Shown here piece by piece: positions 54,208 through 64,000 of a DNA stretch of 64,000 nucleotides. Location of the stretch: NCBI RefSeq assembly GCF_006345805.1, contig NC_043000.1, positions 146,754,001 to 146,818,000 on the forward strand, in the 5' to 3' direction. The notes under the pieces were generated by a model. That model ran no database searches. It was given only the letters and a program-made list of their open reading frames with translations, and was not told the DNA's origin. This DNA comes from Octopus sinensis (lineage: Eukaryota). Every line of letters begins with the position of its first letter. Position 1 is the first letter of the stretch. The position numbers and the translations under genes are program-made.

Positions 54208-55275
54208 TGTTTCTTTATTAGCCACACAGGGCTGCACACAGACAGAACAAATTACAAGGTAGAGCTTTTCTTTTGGGGGTAAAAAAAAGGGGGTTGGTTT
54301 TCGATCAAAAGGGATCGTAAAAGGAAAGAAAGAGGACAAAAAAGGGGAGGATTTAAAAAAAAAGGGGGGGAGAGGGAAAAAAAGAAAAGGGGAGAGGAAA
54401 AAAAAAGTTGACCAATAGGGATCGTAATCACAGAAATGTCAATATGAAGTGTAAAGGGGAGGACAGGTGAGGTTTACCCGTGGAAGGAAAAGCCTACGGA
54501 AAAGACCACGGTAACCTCGGTCAATGAAGTCACATGTTATATTTCTTTTTTTTTTTGGCAAATAAGCAACTCTCTGTATTAATTTTTACAGTTCATAGAA
54601 TCGTAGTCAAGGTGGCTTCGTCATTCATACGTGCCATCCTTGCTACATTCACCCATCTTTTTTTAAAACATTTACTAGACAAAACTTGCCTCTCTACTCT
54701 CACTTTCCTCTTCAAGTGATACTTGAAGAAGTTGATGAGAGATTGACCAGAGAGGAAAGTGTTTGTCTCTAATCGTTTCAGGCGCGTCCACCAGATACAT
54801 TCTTTCGCCATAGCCACAAGTATGATAAAAATAGCTCTTCCTTCCCGTTTGAAGGAAGGAGACGTGACGATATTAACGATAGACTCGGCTGATAAACCGA
54901 CACGTCACACACGTGACAGCAGTCGTTCGACATAAGCCCACAGGTGGGAAATTGCTGGACACTGCACGATTGCGTGCAGAGCGGTTTCGTCGCTCTCCCC
55001 GCATCTCGGGCAGGTCGGCCCCGTGTTTCTCGAGCCATGCCTATAGAGCTTATCCCGAACGGGTAGCGCTTCTCGGTAGCACCGCCAGGCCAGGGATCTC
55101 TGGAAGTTGTCCATAGGTCCCGGGCCGAAAGTCGTTTGAAACAGGCGGGTCAGGTATTCCTCGTCGACGCCCAGGTTTGCCCCGAGATCGTCGTCGTACC
55201 TCCCCTCCACTAATCCCCTATAGAATGCTTTGGTTGTGTTGAAGTCACTCAAGATCGACCCGGGACGGTGAGAAG
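54208..55275 (-). mobile_element. L1/Tx1-like LINE 3' end (zf-RVT-type C-terminus plus 3' UTR)
   Basis: LAWRCYREALPVRDKL...CPRCGESDETALHAIVQC and AKECIWWTR. The 3' end abuts (GATA)n. Confidence 0.88.
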
Positions 55276-55473
55276 AGCTGAAACATTTTGTTAAAATATC
55301 TTCAAAATATAAATTCATTATTTAAAAACCTTTAATGAAAGCAATTCGACTATATATGTATGTATGTTTAAATGTATGTACGTGGGTATACATTTGGGCG
55401 TAAAGAATTATCCTAGATTTTGACTGCCTCCTTTTTCTCAATATACAGAATCTGTACGGCACTTCAAACACTC

Positions 55474-55514
<41 letters not shown>

Positions 55515-56749
55515 GTATGTGTGTGTGTGTGTGTGTGGGGACGCGTGTGTGTGTATGTGGAGTGTTTGAAGTGCTTCACTGTTTAACGCGGATTGGAAGT
55601 GAATACAAAAAAAAACAGTTACAGAGAGCTTATTTAACAATATAAGTATAGAAATACGTTGGAAATTACAAGATAGGATCAGCTCCAACAAAGCTAGCAA
55701 CAATTCGAACACATTACATGTTATCGGATTTACACTCATCGTCTTACCCAGGTACGAAGATTATCGGCAAAATTCGAGATGGCATAAGATAATCTGTTCA
55801 ACCTGCGAAGATTGTAGCTCGGAACTTCTTAGCTTTCAACTCGGTATATTTCCGAATCTTCCTAGTCTATTGAATATATCATAAGCTATCTAATAGAACT
55901 AGAATGTAAGTAAATAGCTGCTGCATATAGAATATCTCATCATTATATTCGAAGGCCTATCAAAATCAATGCACAGTAACTTGAGTGAAATTAGTGAAAT
56001 TGGGGGAATTGACCACGAATTGATAATCAGTCAATATATACATTTGTATATGAAGTTCATATCATATTCCAAAACGATAACAAAAAGATTAAAGAAAATT
56101 ATATCACCGTAGATGAAAGCAGCTTTAGGTGTCTCAGTTTAGGATTTGGAAGACAAAAACTATAAACATTTGTCTGCCGTGGAAACTGAAAGACAACCAA
56201 TTTGATACCGAATACATTACGGCCCACACTTTTGGCTCTCTCCGGAGGTGTGGCAAGGAGACAGCTCCTGCTGCCACGTATATGGCCTTCCAGAAGCAAC
56301 CCTCTCCACTCAGGATTGAGCAGACTAGAGTAGCTTCACATAGCCGTCTAAATTATATCTAAGGCCCTATTCGAAGATGTAGGGATGAATTTCGACGTGC
56401 GAACGTAGTCAGAACTCTTGTTTATACTTTCCTGCTTCGTAGTCTCCGTTGAATAAATCTTAATACGAGAGTTATAAACTTGAGTCGAATCAATACTTCT
56501 TATCACATACATTTTCAACAATAACGCAACGACTATTCAATGTTGATTATTATTATTCCTAATTTAGACTTTGCAATGGTAGTAACCAAATAGAAGTAAA
56601 AATAATATATTTGATCGGTTAAGTAGGGTATGCAGCACAGTACATTAATATTCTGGATTGAAATATTATTAGAGTTGAATCATTCAACATCCAATGAGTA
56701 TAGACAATCTAACAATATTTTAAAATATGTTATAGTGTGTAGTGGACTA

Positions 56750-57136
56750 CATTCATTAGTATGATGTGGTGAAATGTTCCAACAGCATTACCAAAATGAC
56801 ATTGTCATCAACTTTAAGATTGGTCACCTGCGAAGCTTGGTCACCTGCGAAGCTTGGTCACCTGCGAAGCTTGGTCACCTGCGAAGCTTGGTCACCTGCG
56901 AAGCTTGGTCACCTGCGAAGCTTGGTCACCTGCGAAGCTTGGTCACCTGCGCCATTCGTCCTCTACAAAAATAATCTTCACGTCACATCACAACATTCAG
57001 ATTGAACTGTTTCATTTCAAGGAGCCCTACTTTCCTTAATATCATGCCAAGACACATAAGCGAAGAAAAAGATCTTTTGGCAGCCAAACGGTTTCTGGAT
57101 GAATATCTCCAACAAATTTATAAGTTAGCAATGTAG
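56750..57136 (+). mobile_element. CR1/Crack-like LINE 3' fragment hosting a minisatellite
   Basis: Reads TFRLNCFISRSPTFLNIMPRHI....AAKRFLDEYL, resembling the NSF..R.P.LFN.LP...FK..LD..L terminus. Confidence 0.55.
56820..56951. repeat. Perfect 17-bp minisatellite (TTGGTCACCTGCGAAGC) x about 7.8
   Basis: Seven identical units plus a 13-bp partial unit. Confidence 0.98.
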
Positions 57137-57599
57137 ATTCAAGTCGTAGTCAACTTTGTTTACATTCATATTTGTATTGTATTTAATGCTAACATCTTGT
57201 CTTGTATCTGAAAAGCTATAGGCCATTGCATCTATAAATACAAATCAGTCAATATTATAATTAAGTTCTGGCTTAATATGTACTTTCCTTGGAAAAGAAT
57301 TATATGAAGAGGTAAAATGTGCACATACAACACTATACAATATATAAACCTTAAACACGGCAGATAACAGCACAGTTGCATATCTACGACATTTTATACG
57401 TGATATATTTTCACATTGTGGATATAAATGTACATATACAATATCATACAAGACGGAGACGTAAAACATTCACATTATCATCATCAATATCGTTCTTCGA
57501 CGTGAATCCCAACTAGTCGGGATTCACAGTATAGGTTCTACTATTTATCCTTTCCATCGCTGAATACAAAACGTAGCTCATGGGGTCTGCTCTCGGGCG

Positions 57600-57780
57600 A
57601 TTTTCCTGAGTCCCTATCTCACATTTGTACGCCAGACCGACAGAAGGTTACCTATTTATATGTGAGCGGTCTGGAGCAGTGTTTTGCTCAAGAACACAAC
57701 GCACAACCGGTCTGGGAATCGAAACCAAGATGTCGTGATCGTGAGTGCTATACCTTAACCACTAGGCCAACCCGCTTCAC
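57600..57780 (-). mobile_element. Old tRNA-head SINE fragment
   Basis: Minus strand TGGCCTAGTGGTTAAGG...GGTTTCGATTCCCAGACCGG...TGTGTTCTTGAGCAA. Confidence 0.7.
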
Positions 57781-58870
57781 ACATTATTCGATGGGCGTTG
57801 ATTCTTGAGTTCCCCCGCCCTTTGACGGGTCTTGTTTTTCGTCCCGCACTATGTCCAATAAATCACCTTTCTCACTGACCAGGCTTAGTGGGGTTACGGG
57901 TCTAGTAGTCGATGTTCCGACCATTCGATAGTTTGTAATGGGTCACGTGCTACCAGTAGCGTTTAGGGAGCTAGCTGATAGTATACACACGCGAAGAAGC
58001 GTATAACATGTAAATATACAACTCTATACAACATATAAAACACACTATAAACATTTGAAACACTATAGACTACATATCTGTGCGCACGCGAGTATGATTC
58101 TGTGAGTGTGTGCGTAAGTGAGTGTGTTTGTTAGCGTGTATGTGATTGTGTGTGTGTTGTGTGTGTGAGTGTGTGTGAGTTTGAGTGTGTGTGCGTGTGT
58201 GTGTGAGTGTATGTGTGCGAAACACCTTAAAACATATATGAGTAAAAATATGGCAAAATATACAAAGGCATAACCATGTGCATTAGACGCATTTACAACA
58301 TTGCACAATCACTTTACAATGTATATATTTCGCTCACGTTCATGTAAAATATTGTACAGCTTGAGATAATTTCTCTGGGAAGGAAGTCTAGAAAACGTCT
58401 TCTTTTATGGAAACTATTTTTCTTCACGTTTCACAGCTAATATTTTTAACAAAACAGAGTGGTGAAAAACCTACCGTTTCATCTTTCCCTAACAGTTGAG
58501 TCAAAACCTAATAATCATGCCATACTTGATTTCTTTCTTTCAGTTTGTTTTCCTTCTGATGGCTACGAAATGTCAAAATCTATTCCTTTCTCTTGATATT
58601 TGAATATTTTTTTTTAATTTGGTGGCATCCTTTGTAATTCTTTCGTTCAAAAATACAAATTGAAACCTGCAGGTGACTAATTGACTATTATTTGAATTGA
58701 CAGCTTAATTCTAATACGTTTTATCAAATGGTCCACGAACTATCTGGTAAAAAAAAAAGCCTCCGTAATTTCGACATGAAAAAGAAAACATACGCACACA
58801 TGCTTATATGCATACATACAAACATGCATACATACATATACGCAATGTGTGTCTGTGAGTATGTATATAG

Positions 58871-58903
<33 letters not shown>

Positions 58904-58907
58904 CACG

Positions 58908-58943
<36 letters not shown>

Positions 58944-59539
58944 CACGTATATATACATATATATATATATATATTTTATATATATACTTTATATATATAC
59001 ACATAGCTACTATCTTTTATGTATTTTTTTGTTAACTTTCAAGTTGACATATTTAAATGTTGATAAACTTGTCGAAAATATGACATACAAACATCAGCTA
59101 CATTTCATCGCATCTTGGCCTCTCTCTCTCCCTTTCCCTCTCTCAATCACCCTCCCCCACACACATACACAAACACACAATCTTCTTACATCTCTCTACT
59201 TCCCTATTCATATCTATATTAAGTGTGAGCATGTGTATTTGTGTGTGTGCGTGTGTGTGTATGCACGCACATGCATACATACACAATGATGTATATGATT
59301 ACATATATACATTTTTCACTTCCGATCTCTGCCGTTATTTACAACTACATAATTAGTAATATAGTAATATATATATACATATGTGAGTATGTGTGTAGGT
59401 GTATGCATTTATGTATCTGTGTATACTTTCTATTTCTCATTTGCGTTACCCACATGCGTCTATTTGACGGCTGCACGGCATTTTTCTGTTGTATATGTAT
59501 AATTATTCTTTTTCTGCTGTATATGTTGTTGGCATACTT

Positions 59540-59845
59540 TTAGTCTCGGGAGACAATGGAGTTGCGAATAAAACAATCCAGACCGGCTTTTACATTTCAT
59601 GTCCTGATACAGTTCCTGCTGTGGCTGTGTAGTCCTATCCTGGACAAACACTCCCTCTGGCAGGTACATCAAATGTAGCGAAGACTGTTCCTGGCTGGTG
59701 GTAATGTCATAGTTTCTTGCTGACGTCTTTTCTTGTCTTTCCATTTCTCCTCTCTGTCACTCCTTTGTATTCCCTTTTACGGTACGTCGCCAATCTCCAC
59801 GGTTGCTGGCAATTGCTTCCCAACCGCTAATATTGATGTATAGGT
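59540..59845 (-). mobile_element. RTE-type LINE 3' fragment
   Basis: WEAIASNRGDWR and the terminal C.CQRECLSRIGLHSHSRNC zinc finger. Confidence 0.75.
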
Positions 59846-59934
59846 ATATTGCTGTATATGTATAATTATTTTATTGTTGTATACGTAGAATTGTTATATC
59901 TTTCGGTCTTGTTTGCTTTTGTCGTTGTCATATA

Positions 59935-60110
59935 CGCTTGTTAGCACCTCCGCAGTTGTTATCGGCTCCACACAGCACTCCGCTTCCGGCTCCGAGAGAC
60001 CCGACACGCCAGCGTGGGGGTCCCTCCTACATTCCGGCCCGTCGCAACTCCTGAAAAGCGAGGCGAAATGCTCCTGGAGGACCTCACACATCTCGTGTAA
60101 GAGGCTAGTG
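59935..60110 (-). mobile_element. L1/Tx1 ORF2 linker fragment
   Basis: EMCEVLQEHFASLF...LSEPEAECCVEPITTAEV. Confidence 0.65.
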
Positions 60111-60345
60111 TAAGTCCTTACACATCTCGTGTAATAGTCTAGCACTCTTAGCTTATATTTTCTTGGGGCCTGCCAGATTGGAGCAGTCTCCAGTGTAACC
60201 GACCGAAACTGCAAAGACGATCTGGAACTCGACTGAGGATAGGGAAGCACCGAATGACTCGTCCTTATTTTGTCCTGTCCTTTTTTGTATCGTCTAATTA
60301 TCCGGATGTTTTGTTGTCGCCTCCTACTTGTTCCATTTTTGTTTT

Positions 60346-60411
<66 letters not shown>

Positions 60412-61025
60412 ATATATTAATACATATACATTCACACACATACACATATATATATGTATATATATATATATATATTAATACATTAATACATATACTTTAT
60501 ACACTATTAAATCTGCGCTGAAATGTAAGGATTTTGGTGAAATACTAGGGCTGCGAGTGACTGGTTTAAAGAAACTCGGGTACATTATAAAGTTTAACGA
60601 TGCTAATTTAGGTTTTTTGTATTATTTCCATACAGAGACAGGAATTTGTTTCTTCCAGCTAGCTGTTGGTTTTTCCATAATCAGTTCTTTTTTAATTTTA
60701 TTCCCTCTGAAATTGCCTACTCCTTCGGGACATTTTGTCTTTTATGGCTTTGTAAATGTTTGAGCAATTTGGATGATTTGTGTGTATCAGTTATATCATT
60801 TGTTAGTGCCATGAAACCATTCTGAGTAAAATCTCTATGTTCATGTATGTTTCATTAATGCTGTGTTGTTTGTATCAACGACTGTTAATCTTTGGATGTT
60901 ATCACAGGGGTTATCTTTGGTATTGGTGTATAAAGGTTTTGCGGTGGTGGTTTTATCAGTGATGGTAGTGCAGATGGTGATAATGATGGTAGTATTAGTA
61001 TTGTATTAGCATTAGTATTAGTATT

Positions 61026-61324
61026 AAGGCGGCGAGCTGGCAGAAACGTTAGCACGCCGGGCGAAATGCTTAGCGGTATTTAGTCTGTCCTTGTTTGTCC
61101 CCTCTGTGTTTAGCCCCTTGTGGGTAATAAAGAAATAGGTATTTAGTCTGCGTTACGTTGTGAGTTCAAATTCCGCCGAGGTCGACTTTGCCTTTCATCC
61201 TTTCGGGGTCGATAAATTAAGTACCAGTTACGCACTGGGGTCGATGTAATCGACTTAATACCTATGTCTCTCCTTGTTTGTCCCCTCTGTGTTTGGCCCC
61301 TTGTGTGTAATAAAGAAATAGGTA
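61026..61324 (+). mobile_element. SINE family B dimer (first body internally deleted)
   Basis: Same AAAGAAATA|GGTATTT junction at about 61137. Confidence 0.88.
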
Positions 61325-61399
61325 GTATTAGTATTGGTGTTGTTGTTAGAGATTATATTGAATGATATGTCGTTCCTGGAAAGGGTTTCTTCCGATTAC

Positions 61400-62330
61400 A
61401 CATTTTCTTTTTCCCGCTTTGTTCGTTAATTTTTACCGTTTGATTTCTTCTTCGTCACCTTCGCTGCATGACATGTTTAAGAAGCTGCAAGCGGTAAGAA
61501 CATGTCTTAAGTATTCGTAATATTATTGCTTTATTGTTATCTAGAGAGTTTTAGTTGCCTTTTTGTGGCGGTGATGTGGTCCCCTTTTGGTATTGTTATT
61601 GTTGCTGCTGTTGTACTGATGGTATCGGACAGAAGTGCTATTATTTCTTCTCTCCTTTGTTGTCAATAGAAAACCTTGAGATGGTTTGCATCACCACGCA
61701 AGTGACACATTGGCCTTCTGTCCTCAACAGCCACATACAGTTTTTTATATTACCTGGCGCAGTAATCAGTTCCAGAAGGGATTCCATACTTATTGATACG
61801 TTTGGATTAATTGCTCCATTCCTTAGCCCGACAAATGTTGTTTCTGCACTCTCTGGAGTTTCAGATTGTTAACTTATTTTCTATGTCTAAGCAGACCACT
61901 GCCATCGCCTATCAAATATTTTCCTGTGGGAGCACATCGACAGCCTTTACTCCTCCTACCATACCGCCAATGCGGATTAGTATGAGGAAGAAATCTTTAC
62001 TCTTTATATTGTTGTGGACAGTTTCCTAACCTCATCCACTATCAGGAATGTCACCTATAACGCATCGTATCCTCCTCCACCCGGCTAGTGACATACGACT
62101 TGGTATTACGGATCGGTCGGAAATACTTTCCTATATACTGCTGCGTGCTTGTTCAATTTCCTTGTTTTCTATTTCTTTTGTTTTACAGATTACAGTTTTC
62201 AAATCCGTCTCCTGTCTAAACGATTCTGGCATATTTAATTTCAAGTTTCGAACAGACCTTACAAGGAGACTTCTAACATGTTTAAAATATATTTTGAGAC
62301 GTTAGTTTAATTAATTTATCCTGGCGCACT
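61400..62330 (-). mobile_element. Decayed L1/Tx1 ORF1-like remnant
   Basis: IRCVIGDIP and YVAVEDRRPMCHL.GDANH (degenerate zinc knuckle). Confidence 0.45.
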
Positions 62331-62569
62331 GCGTTTTCGACTCAGGTTACTTAAGATAGTTTAATTGTAGTGTCTTTATTTTAATTTGCATAACTGTCAA
62401 TTGTGGCGGTAACGGTGATGGTGCTGTTGGGAGAGTAAATTCAGAACGTGAAGGCGACGGGAAAATATGCCAAGCATATTATCTGATACGCTCACGACTC
62501 TGCCAGCTCGGAAATTTAGTATTAATAGTGTTAAATGTTGGCACAAGGGCAGAAAGCCCGGGGAAGTGG

Positions 62570-62737
62570 GTAAGTCGTTTGCATCGACCCCAGTGCTCAA
62601 AAGCTACTTATTTTATCGATCCTGCAAGGATAAAAGACGAAGTCGACTTCGGCGGAATTTGAACTCAGAACGTAAAGACGGACGAAATGTTGTTAAGCAT
62701 TTTCTCCGATGTGCTACCGATTCTGCCCTCACCGCCT
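62570..62737 (-). mobile_element. Diverged SINE family B
   Basis: AAGTCGACTTCGGCGGAATTTGAACTCAGAACG core. Confidence 0.8.
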
Positions 62738-62755
62738 ATCGTTGCTTTACTAAAA

Positions 62756-62929
62756 AGAAGAAGAAGAAAGAAGAAGAAGAAGAAGAAGAAGAAGGAGAAG
62801 AAGAAGAAGAAGAAGAAGGAGAAGAAGAAGAAGAAGAAGAAGAAGAAGGAGGAGGAGGAGGAGGGTAGGAGGAGGATAAGAAATTGAAGAAGAAGAAGAA
62901 GAAGAAGAAGAAGAAGAAGAAGAAGAAGA
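62756..62929. repeat. (GAA)n/(GGA)n microsatellite
   Basis: Read directly from the sequence. Confidence 0.95.
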
Positions 62930-63211
62930 CGGTCAAGTAACCTTATATAATCAGCTATATTTTAAAGATTATAGCTGATCGAACATAGTTGAAGTTCAAT
63001 TTTTTTTTTTTCCTTTTCTGTTATTCATGAGATCCAACCACTCAACAATTTTCTAACTGACGACTGTCAACCAAACTAATTTCGGCTATAATATAAAATT
63101 CCCAGTTGTTTGCATTTAAAATGACGTCAGAAATGCACACATGTCGATTCTATTCTTAAAAGCCACTGTCGTATTTGTTTCTTAAAAGCTCGTCATATTT
63201 GTTTCTTTTTT

Positions 63212-63242
<31 letters not shown>

Positions 63243-63243
<1 letters not shown>

Positions 63244-63606
63244 GGAAGCACTCCGTCGGTTACGAGGACGAGGGTTCCGGTTGATCCGAATCAACGGAAC
63301 AGCCTGCTCGTGAAATTAACGTGTAAGTGGATGAGCACTCCACAGACACGTGTACCCTTAACGTAGTTCTCGGGGATATTCAGCGTGACACAGAGAGTGA
63401 CAAGGCCGGCCCTTTGAAATACAGGTACAACAGAAACAGGAAGTAAGAGTGAGAGAAAGTTGTGGCGAAAGAGTACAGCAGGGATCACCACCGTCCCCTG
63501 CCGGAGCGTCGTGGAGCTTTAGGTGTTTCCGCTCAATAAACACTCACAACGCCCGGTCTGGAAATCGAAACCGCGATCCTATGACCACCGGGCCATTGCG
63601 CCTCCA
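63243..63606 (-). mobile_element. SINE family A inserted in (CTA)n
   Basis: Reverse complement of 47149-47535 with a small head deletion. Confidence 0.93.
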
Positions 63607-63719
63607 AACTACTACTACTACGACGACGACGACTACGACTACTACTACTACCACCACCACCATTGCTACTGCTGTTTCTACTGCTGCTACTGCTACTACT
63701 ATTCAGACATCACGGGATT

Positions 63720-63965
63720 ACATCATGCACCCTCTACAAAAGTCTGCACATGAGGCAGGAAAATGTGCACATGAGACAGGAAAGCTCATTTGAAGCGTAC
63801 GGCGCATTCTTAAATTTAAGTAGAAAGTTTACAACCTGAGTTATTAAATACAGCTAACGATGACGATCCAGATCAAATAATCAAGTTTTGTAAATGGTTT
63901 CAACACATGGCAGACGAGGACGAAGAGTTTATGAGGACAATTGTGTGTCACGATGAAGCAAAATA
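63720..63965 (+). mobile_element. Tc1/mariner transposase fragment
   Basis: KCAHETG...SVRRIL...NDDDPD...FCKWFQHM...IVC.DEAK, the HTH region leading to the first catalytic Asp (SDEA.F motif). Confidence 0.7.
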
Positions 63966-63970
63966 GAAAT

Positions 63971-64000
63971 AGGCGCAGGAGTGGCTGTGTGGTAAGTAGC
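63971..64000 (+). mobile_element. SINE family C head (runs off the window)
   Basis: AGGCGCAGGAGTGGCTGTGTGGTAAGTAGC. Confidence 0.85.

Noticed and set aside
56820-56951. CRISPR-like array
   Set aside because: Units are contiguous with no spacers, the context is eukaryotic and there are no cas genes.
57044-57136. Small protein MPRHISEEKDLLAAKRFLDEYLQQIYKLAM
   Set aside because: It matches the pattern of a CR1-like LINE C-terminus rather than a host gene.

Overview
This is AT-rich, microsatellite-dense eukaryotic DNA. The SINE families look like Octopus (cephalopod) repeats, which is recalled resemblance and not a database hit. No intact host protein-coding gene is recognisable, and nearly all long ORFs in the track are translations of (TA)n, (CA)n, (TACA)n, (GATA)n or (TAA)n repeats. 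The window is a mosaic of three tRNA-head SINE families, decayed R4/Dong-like RLE retrotransposons stacked in (TAA)n tracts, L1/Tx1, RTE and CR1-like LINE fragments, Penelope-like element (PLE) remnants, two mariner/Tc1 fragments, a hAT MITE and short Helitrons. The most notable signal is a set of hammerhead-ribozyme (HHR) folds from at least four or five sequence-unrelated families. They sit in short non-coding modules or PLE terminal repeats and include a minimal family with a non-canonical CCGACGA core, an inverted pair and a possible type II permutation. A second signal is a SINE family that repeatedly forms head-to-tail multimers through one junction. Boundaries were read by eye and are approximate unless a TSD or TIR fixes them.
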